From a virus: 39,792 bases of DNA. The position numbers and the translations under genes are program-made. The stretch's first letter is position 1; every line of letters begins with the position of its first letter. The notes under the pieces are model-generated. The model saw only the letters and a program-made list of their open reading frames with translations, searched no databases and was not told where the DNA came from. The stretch spans positions 1 through 39,792 of the IMG/VR virus record IMGVR_UViG_3300013767_000083; one strand, given 5' to 3'. Of the stretch, positions 30,780 through 38,149 are shown piece by piece.

Positions 30780-31892
30780 ATGGATCGACCGTTTCTATCG
30801 AGCTACAAAGACCGTCACGGCAAAGAGCGCTGGAGGTTCCGTCGCGGAAAGCTCACCAGAGCCATTCCGGGCCTTCCTGGAGAGCCCCACTTCGAGGTGG
30901 CCTACAATGACGCCCTCGCCGGCCGCACCACTGCAGCGGCCGTTATCCGGCATCCTAACCACGCTCTCCCGCGCACCCTGAAGGCCGCCTGGCGATTGGC
31001 CACGGCACACGACAATATGGACTGGCAAAAGCTCGGAAAGTCATCGAGAGACAGCTACATTGAGCGCGCCGAGCGTCTGCTAGCCATGGAAATCGCTCCG
31101 GGCTGCACCTATGCCGACGCGCCGATCGCCGACCTGAGGCGCCGTCACGTTAAGCAACTGCTGGGGGCCATGTCTGACCGGCCACACGCCGCCTACGATG
31201 CCTTCGTGGTCTTGCGCAAGATGGTCCTGGTGGCACTCGACGAGGAATGGATCGAGATCGATCCCACCCATAGGGTGAAGTATCGGCCCAAGCCGGCTGG
31301 CCACAGGGCATGGACGGACGCGGAGCGCGCGACATTCGAAGCGCGCTGGCCGCTCGGATCGAGACCGCGCACGGTCTACGCCTTGGCGCTCTACACCGGG
31401 CAACGCCGGAGCGATCTGGTCCGCTACCGCTGGAATGATTTCAAGAGCGACACCCTTCCCGTCACCCAACAGAAGACCGGCAAGGAGTTGCGGCTTCCCA
31501 TCCTGCCACAGCTTCGCGAGGCTCTAAATGCCGCGGACAGAAGCAGCGACCTTGTCGTGCCTTTGGATGCCGACACCCTCACCAACTACTGGCTGGCATG
31601 GACCCGCGAATGTGGTCTCGAAGGCTGCACCCTGCACGGCCTGCGGAAGACGCTGGGCAAGATCCTCGCCGAGGAAGGCGCAACCACCCGCGAGCTCATG
31701 GAGATGCTGGGGCACGACAGCATCTCGCATGCCGAACTCTATTCCAAGGAGGCCGAGCAGGCGCGGCTGGCAAAGCGGGCCATGGGCAAAGCCCGGAATC
31801 GGCTGCGTCCTCGCCTTAAGGTTGTCGGTGGCGAACCCTATGGCGAACCGTTGTCTAACCCACAACCTAAAGCATTGAAGCGACGAAAGTGA
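30780..31892 (+). CDS. int: Tyrosine integrase
   Basis: 370 aa from the ATG at 30780. Motifs LYTGQRRSDL, LHGLRKT and GHDSISHAELYSKE, giving the R..HxxR..H..Y pattern. Confidence 0.9.
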   Translation: MDRPFLSSYKDRHGKERWRFRRGKLTRAIPGLPGEPHFEVAYNDALAGRTTAAAVIRHPNHALPRTLKAAWRLATAHDNMDWQKLGKSSRDSYIERAERLLAMEIAPGCTYADAPIADLRRRHVKQLLGAMSDRPHAAYDAFVVLRKMVLVALDEEWIEIDPTHRVKYRPKPAGHRAWTDAERATFEARWPLGSRPRTVYALALYTGQRRSDLVRYRWNDFKSDTLPVTQQKTGKELRLPILPQLREALNAADRSSDLVVPLDADTLTNYWLAWTRECGLEGCTLHGLRKTLGKILAEEGATTRELMEMLGHDSISHAELYSKEAEQARLAKRAMGKARNRLRPRLKVVGGEPYGEPLSNPQPKALKRRK

Positions 31893-32016
31893 GTTACATC
31901 CATTTGTTGCGACACGACGACGGCAATTCATACACTTAGCTAAAGGTTGTCCGCTATATGTTGGCCCGATGTTCTGCCATTTTCCGGCTAACCTCTACAA
32001 CCCAGGAGCCCTAGCC

Positions 32017-32337
32017 ATGCCCATCCCTGATGTCCCCGCCCCGATACGTGAGGGAGATATGGTGGAGAGAGTCGCGCAGGCACTATGTCGGAAGCAATTT
32101 CCCGAAGGCGGTTTCACTTTAGAAGGCAAAATGATTCCGCGAGAAGAATGGGTTGGGCGAAATTGGCATTTCTATGTGCCGCTGGCCCGCGCAGCCATCG
32201 AGGCCATGCGAGAGCCGACCGAGGAGATGATCGATGCTTGCGGTAATGGTGAGTGCGCCAAATGGGCTCCCGGTGCGTGGACTGCCATGATCTCCGCCGC
32301 CCTCGGCGCTGGCCCCATGAAGGGGGATGAGGTATAA
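32017..32337 (+). CDS. Hypothetical protein
   Basis: 106 aa from the ATG at 32017, with AGGAG 9 nt upstream. The track ORF starts at 31969. Confidence 0.4.
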   Translation: MPIPDVPAPIREGDMVERVAQALCRKQFPEGGFTLEGKMIPREEWVGRNWHFYVPLARAAIEAMREPTEEMIDACGNGECAKWAPGAWTAMISAALGAGPMKGDEV

Positions 32338-32823
32338 GAGGAGATGCTGCGGCGGCGTGGAAAGCTTGACTCGAAAATTCAACCCAGCTCACCGGAAGCG
32401 CGAATCAGTGCAATGCATCGTGTGCGACGGAGAATTCATGGCCGTCACATCCGAGATAAAGCGCGGTCGCGGTCGGACGTGCGGGCGTCGCTGCGCCGCC
32501 AAGCTCGCCTCACCCAAAGACCAGCTGGGTCAGCTCAATCCGAACTGGCGCGGCGGCTCAGAGCCCTATCGGGACGCGAAGCGCCGGTACCGCGCACGAC
32601 ACATGGCAAAAGCTCGGGCACACATGCTAGTGCGAGATGCTATTGCGCGCGGAGCGTTGCTTCGCGAGCCTTGCGAGACCTGCGGAGCGCAGTCGAAGCG
32701 CACCACGATGATTACACAAAGCCCTTACGGGTTCGCTGGCTGTGCAAGTCCCACCACGAGGCGCACCACATAGCGATGCGCGCGGCCGGTCGAGAGCGGT
32801 ATCATAAGCACGAGCCGGGGTAG
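32327..32823 (+). pseudogene. HNH-type endonuclease-like gene split by a 1-nt frame break near 32684-32700
   Basis: Frame A (from 32327) reads ...NPNWRGGS...REPCETCGA. Frame B (ending at 32823) reads VEAHHDDYTKPLRVRWLCKSHHEAHH. Together they form one canonical CxxCG...HHxDY...WLCxxxH domain. Confidence 0.55.
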
Positions 32824-32845
32824 CATCCGGCCCGCGGCTACTTCC

Positions 32846-33010
32846 CTACATCCTGGCAATTCGCTTTAGCCAGCCCGGCAGGGAGATAAGCCAATCCCAT
32901 GCAACCTCTGGTGCCACCTCGATTTCATGGTCAACTCCGTCGATCTGTATCTTAAGCCAGATCTGGCAGCCGCCCTCGTAGACCAGCCGGGGGTATTTGA
33001 GGCTACGCAT
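32846..33010 (-). CDS. Possible 54-aa protein (below the track threshold)
   Basis: Hand translation gives MRSLKYPRLVYEGGCQIWLKIQIDGVDHEIEVAPEVAWDWLISLPGWLKRIARM. The ATG overlaps the upstream stop by 8 nt. Confidence 0.25.
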   Translation of the reverse strand: MRSLKYPRLVYEGGCQIWLKIQIDGVDHEIEVAPEVAWDWLISLPGWLKRIARM

Positions 33011-33197
33011 GGCCTACAGCCCCATCCCCGATCGGTATCAGCTTCATCGTATAGCTCTCGCCGTCGTCGCTGAGATCGATGTGCAAGAGGTAGTCATCTA
33101 CGTCCAAGCCAACGGGGATTTTTACCTCACCGCCCGCATTGACGAGCGTCCGCTTTAACAGCGTCAGCAAGTATTCGGCGGGAGGGTAGATGATCAC
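33003..33197 (-). CDS. Hypothetical protein
   Basis: 64-aa ORF with an ATGA overlap to the upstream gene. Confidence 0.4.
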   Translation of the reverse strand: MIIYPPAEYLLTLLKRTLVNAGGEVKIPVGLDVDDYLLHIDLSDDGESYTMKLIPIGDGAVGHA

Positions 33198-33424
33198 GCC
33201 TTCAATTCCTCTTCACTTACGATCCAGGGAAGAGGAATCGTCACATCCTGACTACCTTCCTCGCCGCTGACGGAGGCCACCAGAGTAAGCTTGGTCTTGG
33301 TGCGCTTCAGCTCCCAGCCTACAGACTTGACGATACCCGGCCCCTGCTTGGCGATTTCCTTGAGGCTGGCCCAGCCGGCATGATTGGTGACCGCATCACG
33401 CCAGGTAATCAGTAGGAGCTTCAT
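33194..33424 (-). CDS. Hypothetical protein
   Basis: 76-aa ORF downstream of the metallophosphoesterase. Confidence 0.4.
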   Translation of the reverse strand: MKLLLITWRDAVTNHAGWASLKEIAKQGPGIVKSVGWELKRTKTKLTLVASVSGEEGSQDVTIPLPWIVSEEELKA

Positions 33425-33461
33425 GCGGCTGCTCTTATACGTTCTCCGCAGATTACGTACA

Positions 33462-34439
33462 TCATGCGGCCTTCTTTCTGGCGCTGACTACCCGCTGGCC
33501 ACGGAAGTACGCCGTCCCGTCGATCACCTCAACCATCTCCGGCTGGAGGAGCCTGCCGCCCTTGTCGAAATTTAGGACAAGGAAGCCAGCACAAGCTCGC
33601 GTTGGGTTATCTTCAGCGTAGGCGAACTGTGGACCATAGGGGTCCGCCAAGGTGCCATCCTGACCAGCGTAGCGACGACCGCGATAATCGCCGTAGGGCT
33701 TAACCTCCAAGTCGTGTGTATGCCCCGTGATCATGGACATGCCGGACCTGACCACGTTGTTCCATGCTGCGTGGATTCCGCCGTTCCAGCGATGCTTGAT
33801 CACCGTGTGGCAGTTGATCCAAAGCGACATCGTTTCTCGCCACTCCACCAGATGATCGGCCAGGCGGAAACCTTTGATCCCGGTGAATTGCGCGGCGCGG
33901 CTGGCTAGTGTGCTATCGTACCTGAGATCATGATTACCTATCGTTCGGATGTGCGTTGCATGACGTGCTGCTAGGCGTATGGCCGTCATCCGCATCCCGA
34001 CTTCATCAAGTTCAGCTTTAACGTCTGGCGTCTTTGCCCAGCCGATGGGACTGAAACGGGAGATTTGCGCTCCGTCCAAAATATCGCCATTGGCCACGAT
34101 CAGCTTGGGTCTGATCTCACGGACAACCTCCAACAGCGCCCAATATGCCACCGTATCGCTGATGCCGGGCCACCAATGGCAATCGGAGAAGCTGATGGCC
34201 GTCCCGGCAAAACCATTGATCTCAAGTCTCGGCTTATAATTATAGGCCGGAGCGCCAGCATCACCACGACCTATGCTGCCGCCGTCTCCGGCGCTCGGCA
34301 GATGAGTGCCGAGCTGACCCTCCAGTGTGTTCCTGCGTTTGTACGTTCCCCTGAGGGACATTCCTAAGCGGTCGGCCACCTCTCTGGCTCGACCGCCACT
34401 ACTGCGCCATGCGGCAATGAACTCCGCGTCTGTGATCAT
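33462..34439 (-). CDS. Calcineurin-like metallophosphoesterase with an N-terminal HTH-like segment
   Basis: 325 aa from the ATG at 34439 (ATGA overlap). Motifs ANGDILDG, GNHD and GHTHD. N-terminus AREVADRLGMSLRGTYKRR. Confidence 0.7.
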   Translation of the reverse strand: MITDAEFIAAWRSSGGRAREVADRLGMSLRGTYKRRNTLEGQLGTHLPSAGDGGSIGRGDAGAPAYNYKPRLEINGFAGTAISFSDCHWWPGISDTVAYWALLEVVREIRPKLIVANGDILDGAQISRFSPIGWAKTPDVKAELDEVGMRMTAIRLAARHATHIRTIGNHDLRYDSTLASRAAQFTGIKGFRLADHLVEWRETMSLWINCHTVIKHRWNGGIHAAWNNVVRSGMSMITGHTHDLEVKPYGDYRGRRYAGQDGTLADPYGPQFAYAEDNPTRACAGFLVLNFDKGGRLLQPEMVEVIDGTAYFRGQRVVSARKKAA

Positions 34440-34888
34440 AGGGCACCTGTCGGCGGACGGTCGCAAAGCACCTCATGGGTATAGTGATTCCAGCATAAAT
34501 GCCCCGTTACGCCGCTGGGATCTGGATTCTTCTCGTGAAGAATCAGATGCTCGGGCACGTTTATCCATTCTCCACCGTCCTCAGGGGAAAGCTTGGCCTG
34601 CCAATGACCGTCTACCAGACGATGCGGTGTTGGATAGCAGTGACCGACAAATTCGCCGCTCTTGAAGACGATCCTTGCATCGCAACAAGAGTAACCTGTA
34701 CCGGGCTGTTTCCAGTCCTTGTACACATCGTGGTACTTGGCGTGCCCCTGGATATGACCCGGCATGTCCTGTGCAAATGCTGATCCCAGCAATAGGGAGC
34801 CAAAGACCGTCACCGTCATCACGGCCACGAAGAGCGCGACCCAATCATCGCGCCGCATCGTCAGGATATGGCGTGCGAGGCGGCTCAT
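34436..34888 (-). CDS. Secreted Cys/His-rich protein of unknown function
   Basis: 150 aa from the ATG at 34888 (ATGA overlap). Signal peptide ending in ...LLLGSAFAQD. The mature part has 5 Cys and many His. Confidence 0.5.
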   Translation of the reverse strand: MSRLARHILTMRRDDWVALFVAVMTVTVFGSLLLGSAFAQDMPGHIQGHAKYHDVYKDWKQPGTGYSCCDARIVFKSGEFVGHCYPTPHRLVDGHWQAKLSPEDGGEWINVPEHLILHEKNPDPSGVTGHLCWNHYTHEVLCDRPPTGAL

Positions 34889-35178
34889 TTCGGCGCCCCC
34901 ATCACCCACTGCTTCAGCTTGGCGAGCGTCGAGCGGCAATCACGGCCGGAATAGATCGCCCCTGCTGCCCATCGGTAGCGCTCAGCTTCGTCGGCGAAAG
35001 GCTCGGCCATGGGAGGTTCGGGCAGGCAATCAGTGAGCGCCGGGCCCGGCGGATCGCGCTGCACCAGCACCGGGCGCGTCGCCGGGGCGCAGGCGGACAG
35101 AATCATCAAAGGCACGAGAAGCGGGAGTGTTGGCGCAAGCGGCCACGCTCCCGACTTTAGAGAGGGTAATCTGGGCAT
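34885..35178 (-). CDS. o-spanin (outer-membrane lipoprotein)
   Basis: 97 aa from the ATG at 35178. Lipobox LMILSAC. It overlaps the 3' end of the i-spanin gene in another frame. Confidence 0.6.
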   Translation of the reverse strand: MPRLPSLKSGAWPLAPTLPLLVPLMILSACAPATRPVLVQRDPPGPALTDCLPEPPMAEPFADEAERYRWAAGAIYSGRDCRSTLAKLKQWVMGAPK

Positions 35179-35416
35179 TGGTGAGCCTCTGTTGAAGGAT
35201 GGCCTTCTCTTGGGCCGCTTGTTCGGTGAGGACGCGGGTACGGGCTGCATCGGCCTGAGTGGCCAGCAGAATGGCTTGTCTCGCTTGGGCGATGTCAGCA
35301 ACTCGCGCCGCCTTTTCCTCGATGTAGTTCATGCGCTCGACAGTCCCGTAGGCGAGCGCCAAGCCGCAGAGAATGGTCGGGAAAATCCATCTCCAGTTCA
35401 TGAGCAGGAAAGTCAT
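35030..35416 (-). CDS. i-spanin
   Basis: 128 aa with an N-terminal TM segment (WRWIFPTILCGLALAY) and then a coiled coil. ATGA overlap with the endolysin stop. Confidence 0.6.
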   Translation of the reverse strand: MTFLLMNWRWIFPTILCGLALAYGTVERMNYIEEKAARVADIAQARQAILLATQADAARTRVLTEQAAQEKAILQQRLTNAQITLSKVGSVAACANTPASRAFDDSVRLRPGDAPGAGAARSAGPGAH

Positions 35417-35961
35417 GTGAACGCCTCGAGGAACTGGGCATGAATGGCCGCGATATCGTTGGCGCGGTCCAGCCCGTTGATGATTTTTCTCGCCGCCACT
35501 GGGGCATCGATATTTGTGTTGAAGTAGGTCGGTAGACCCACTCCGGTGAACAAGCCGCCTTTCATGCCCTCGAACATGATTAACGAGGCGATCTTGGGAT
35601 CGAGCGCCAGCTCCGGATGGTTGATCAGGTCAGCGCCGGTTAGTGCCGCCATGCGCTGATAATTCCTCTTCCATGTGAGCTGGACGAGACCGCGACCGTA
35701 ATAAGCCTGTCCTGTATCTGGATCCTCATTGCCGTAGGGCCGGCCCAACCCATGGCCGTACTCCTCGATCGGCTGCATGGTGTTGGCGGTTTCCCACTTC
35801 GCCGTCGCCAGCATGTAGGCAAGCCAGCGTTTGTCCTTCATATCGTCGCGGGACTCCCACGCATCGAGGATGGCGTTTATCCCATCTACCTGCTCTTGGG
35901 TCATACGGCCGGCAAAGGGCTTTTCGCGGACAGCAGAAAAGAACCTGTCGCGGTCGATCAC
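35413..35961 (-). CDS. Endolysin, glycoside hydrolase family 19-like
   Basis: 182 aa from the GTG at 35961 (GTGA overlap with the holin stop). Motifs LATAKWETANTMQPIEEYG and AYYGRGLVQLTWKRNY. Confidence 0.8.
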   Translation of the reverse strand: MIDRDRFFSAVREKPFAGRMTQEQVDGINAILDAWESRDDMKDKRWLAYMLATAKWETANTMQPIEEYGHGLGRPYGNEDPDTGQAYYGRGLVQLTWKRNYQRMAALTGADLINHPELALDPKIASLIMFEGMKGGLFTGVGLPTYFNTNIDAPVAARKIINGLDRANDIAAIHAQFLEAFT

Positions 35962-36185
35962 TGGTCCGCGCTCCCAGTCTTCGCGCCGCCACGCACCCAG
36001 TAATTGATGACGCTGGTAGCCATGGTCGCGAGTGCACCAAACAGGACATTGGCGAGGTCCTTCGATTCGGCCGGGACGGAGTGGAAGAAGATCAGCACGC
36101 AGATGGCAGTGAAGGCCGCTAGCACGAACAGGCTGACGAGCGGCGCACCCCACCCTCCGAGGTATTTGGAGAAGCTATCGATCAT
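35958..36185 (-). CDS. Holin (2 TM)
   Basis: 75 aa with TM segments APLVSLFVLAAFTAICVLIFF and LANVLFGALATMATSVINYWV and a charged C-terminus. It lies upstream of the endolysin. Confidence 0.7.
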   Translation of the reverse strand: MIDSFSKYLGGWGAPLVSLFVLAAFTAICVLIFFHSVPAESKDLANVLFGALATMATSVINYWVRGGAKTGSADQ

Positions 36186-36382
36186 GGATGCACCGAGTGG
36201 GTGAAGAAATACCAGGCGACAAAGCCAAGGCCGCCGATCATGCTAGTGAGGGTTGACCAACCCAGCGCCTCGATGCGCGACACACGGGAATTGATGGTGC
36301 CCCAGCGCTCGGCGCACACCGCCTCATGCTTCTCGACGCGCCCCTCGAGGCGGATCAGGTCTTCGCTGGTGGAGTCGGCCAT
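36182..36382 (-). CDS. Small C-terminally anchored membrane protein (possible holin partner or antiholin)
   Basis: 66 aa from the ATG at 36382, with a helical N-terminus and TM segment TLTSMIGGLGFVAWYFF. ATGA overlap onto the holin. Confidence 0.45.
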   Translation of the reverse strand: MADSTSEDLIRLEGRVEKHEAVCAERWGTINSRVSRIEALGWSTLTSMIGGLGFVAWYFFTHSVHP

Positions 36383-36386
36383 GGGA

Positions 36387-36866
36387 TCACCAGCCCTTCG
36401 TGGAATCGATAGCCGTGAGATCGGCCACGGTTTGGGCAGCAGCAACCGCATCCTTGAGCGCGCGCGCATTCAAAATCATCGCTGTCACCCGGGTTGCTGC
36501 AGCCTCGGCAAAGGCGAGGAATGTGGCCGCCGTCGCAAAGGGCGTTCGCGTATTGTTGGCCGCAACCCAGACAAAATTCGACGGCCACGCCATGCCGCTT
36601 ACGTTCGCAAGAGAGCCCCATGCCGCGATGCGCTGCTGCGAGATATCATCGATCTGATAAACGGTAGCGTTATAGGTGAACCCGGCGGAGACAGCCGCGC
36701 CATAGGCGGATTCAATTGCAGAGACCTTCGCCGCCTTGACATCGATTAATTGCAGCGCCGACATGGCGGGTGTGCCGTCAGAGATATATTCCTGCCCCGC
36801 ATACTGCTGCACGGCATAGCGAGCAGTGACGTTTCCCAGGGAGTCTCGATCCACATACCAACTCAT
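36387..36866 (-). CDS. Tail-fiber-associated protein (DUF4376-like)
   Basis: 159 aa from the ATG at 36866 (ATGA overlap). The sequence KAAKVSAIESAYGAAVSAGFTYNATVYQIDDISQQRI resembles the DUF4376 pattern. Confidence 0.45.
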   Translation of the reverse strand: MSWYVDRDSLGNVTARYAVQQYAGQEYISDGTPAMSALQLIDVKAAKVSAIESAYGAAVSAGFTYNATVYQIDDISQQRIAAWGSLANVSGMAWPSNFVWVAANNTRTPFATAATFLAFAEAAATRVTAMILNARALKDAVAAAQTVADLTAIDSTKGW

Positions 36867-37921
36867 GAATCCCTCCCACGATGATCGATCCACCCGAGCG
36901 TGTTGAGCGTCAGCGTGCAGTTGGTGTTTCCCAGGCTCTCACGGCTTCTGATCTGGGAGGATGTATTGGTCCGAACGGACTTGAGGAACGCGCCGCGAGC
37001 GATAAATCCTGCAGCCGACGAAAGCGCGGGCGTGTCCCCTATGCCATTGGCGACCATGTTAGTCGGGGTGCTGTCTGTCGTAGCGAGATCGCTGAGATAA
37101 ACGACGCTGGCCGTCGCGCCGTCAGAGTTGGCGTACAGGCCCTGTATCAGGGCGATGACGTTTACCCCCGGCGGGACGCTGAGCGTCCGAGTCACGGCGG
37201 CGCTGCCCGAATTGGTTACGCCATTGACATCGGAAACCAGCGTCTTCCATTGGAAGAGATCGCCGTCCTGAACAAAGGCAGTGAAGTGCGCGGAGCCGTC
37301 TGTCAGCAAGCTACCGATGCGGCGCTTGTAATTGTAGTTCGCTGGCATGGTCGGGGAGGTCGAGAGGGAAATCAGGCTATCAACCGCGCCCGTATCGCTG
37401 CGCTGGATGCAAAAAACGTGATACCAGGTGTTCGTGGAGATCGAGCCGGTATCCAGCGCGCCATTGCCCGAACCCACCACCCACGCGTTCGTGTTCTTGG
37501 CCATGGAGGAAAGATTCATCGTGACAGCGTTTGTGCTGTCTGCCGCGGCTCCAGCGGCAATACTGAATATATTGGAGCCGCCTCCGGTCGATAGCACCAG
37601 GCCGTCGATATATCCCCTGAGAGCTGGCAGTGCGCCCGGAAGAGCGGGGGCCGGAACGGGGTCGCGCGTGGCAATTGTGACGCTGTTCTGGTCCTGCAGG
37701 ATCGCCTTGTAGTCCGGACCGGGCGCGAAATAGATCGGCGGAAACAGGCCGTTGGCGTCCGCAACCACGGGATTGGAGTTGAGCGATACCAAGCCCCCAT
37801 CTGCGTAGGTTGCCTGCGGGGTCGTGGTACCCGTCTGGTAGAAAAACAGCTTCGCCCCAGCGCGGGGAACGCCGTTACCGTCGAAAGTGGCCAGAATGGG
37901 CGTAAAAATGCCGTAGGTCAT
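36863..37921 (-). CDS. Tail fiber / receptor-binding protein
   Basis: 352 aa from the ATG at 37921. The N-terminus FDGNGVPRAGAKLFFYQTGTTTPQATYADGGL...NPVVADANG is typical of phage fiber N-domains. The C-terminal half is Ser/Thr/Asn-rich. Confidence 0.7.
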   Translation of the reverse strand: MTYGIFTPILATFDGNGVPRAGAKLFFYQTGTTTPQATYADGGLVSLNSNPVVADANGLFPPIYFAPGPDYKAILQDQNSVTIATRDPVPAPALPGALPALRGYIDGLVLSTGGGSNIFSIAAGAAADSTNAVTMNLSSMAKNTNAWVVGSGNGALDTGSISTNTWYHVFCIQRSDTGAVDSLISLSTSPTMPANYNYKRRIGSLLTDGSAHFTAFVQDGDLFQWKTLVSDVNGVTNSGSAAVTRTLSVPPGVNVIALIQGLYANSDGATASVVYLSDLATTDSTPTNMVANGIGDTPALSSAAGFIARGAFLKSVRTNTSSQIRSRESLGNTNCTLTLNTLGWIDHRGRDS

Positions 37922-37948
37922 CGGCCACACTTTTTGCTAGAATGGGGC

Positions 37949-38149
37949 ATGCGAATTCTCTTGATCTGCCTCGGATCATTGATGGCCGGCCTGTCATCCC
38001 TGCTCTGGTATGATCCCGACAAAATGGATCCTGCCGGCGCAACGCTGGCCACGACTGTGCTTATGATATGCGGAGGGGTCTTCATCGCTCGCCGCCTTGA
38101 GATGCGCCGTACAAGGCAGGAACAATCGGACCATACGTCAGGGCATTGA
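37949..38149 (+). CDS. Opposite-strand small 2-TM membrane protein (moron-like)
   Basis: 66 aa with TM segments ILLICLGSLMAGLSSLLWY and TLATTVLMICGGVFIA. An extended -10 element TGCTAGAAT lies at 37935-37943, and the gene fills a 150-nt gap in the late operon. Its 3' end overlaps the convergent gene by 68 nt. Confidence 0.4.
   Translation: MRILLICLGSLMAGLSSLLWYDPDKMDPAGATLATTVLMICGGVFIARRLEMRRTRQEQSDHTSGH

Noticed and set aside
31893-32016. attP core next to the integrase (I also checked 30405-30522 upstream of xis)
   Set aside because: There is no tRNA-like 3' segment or obvious arm-type repeat, and the core cannot be defined without the host attB. I left it unannotated.
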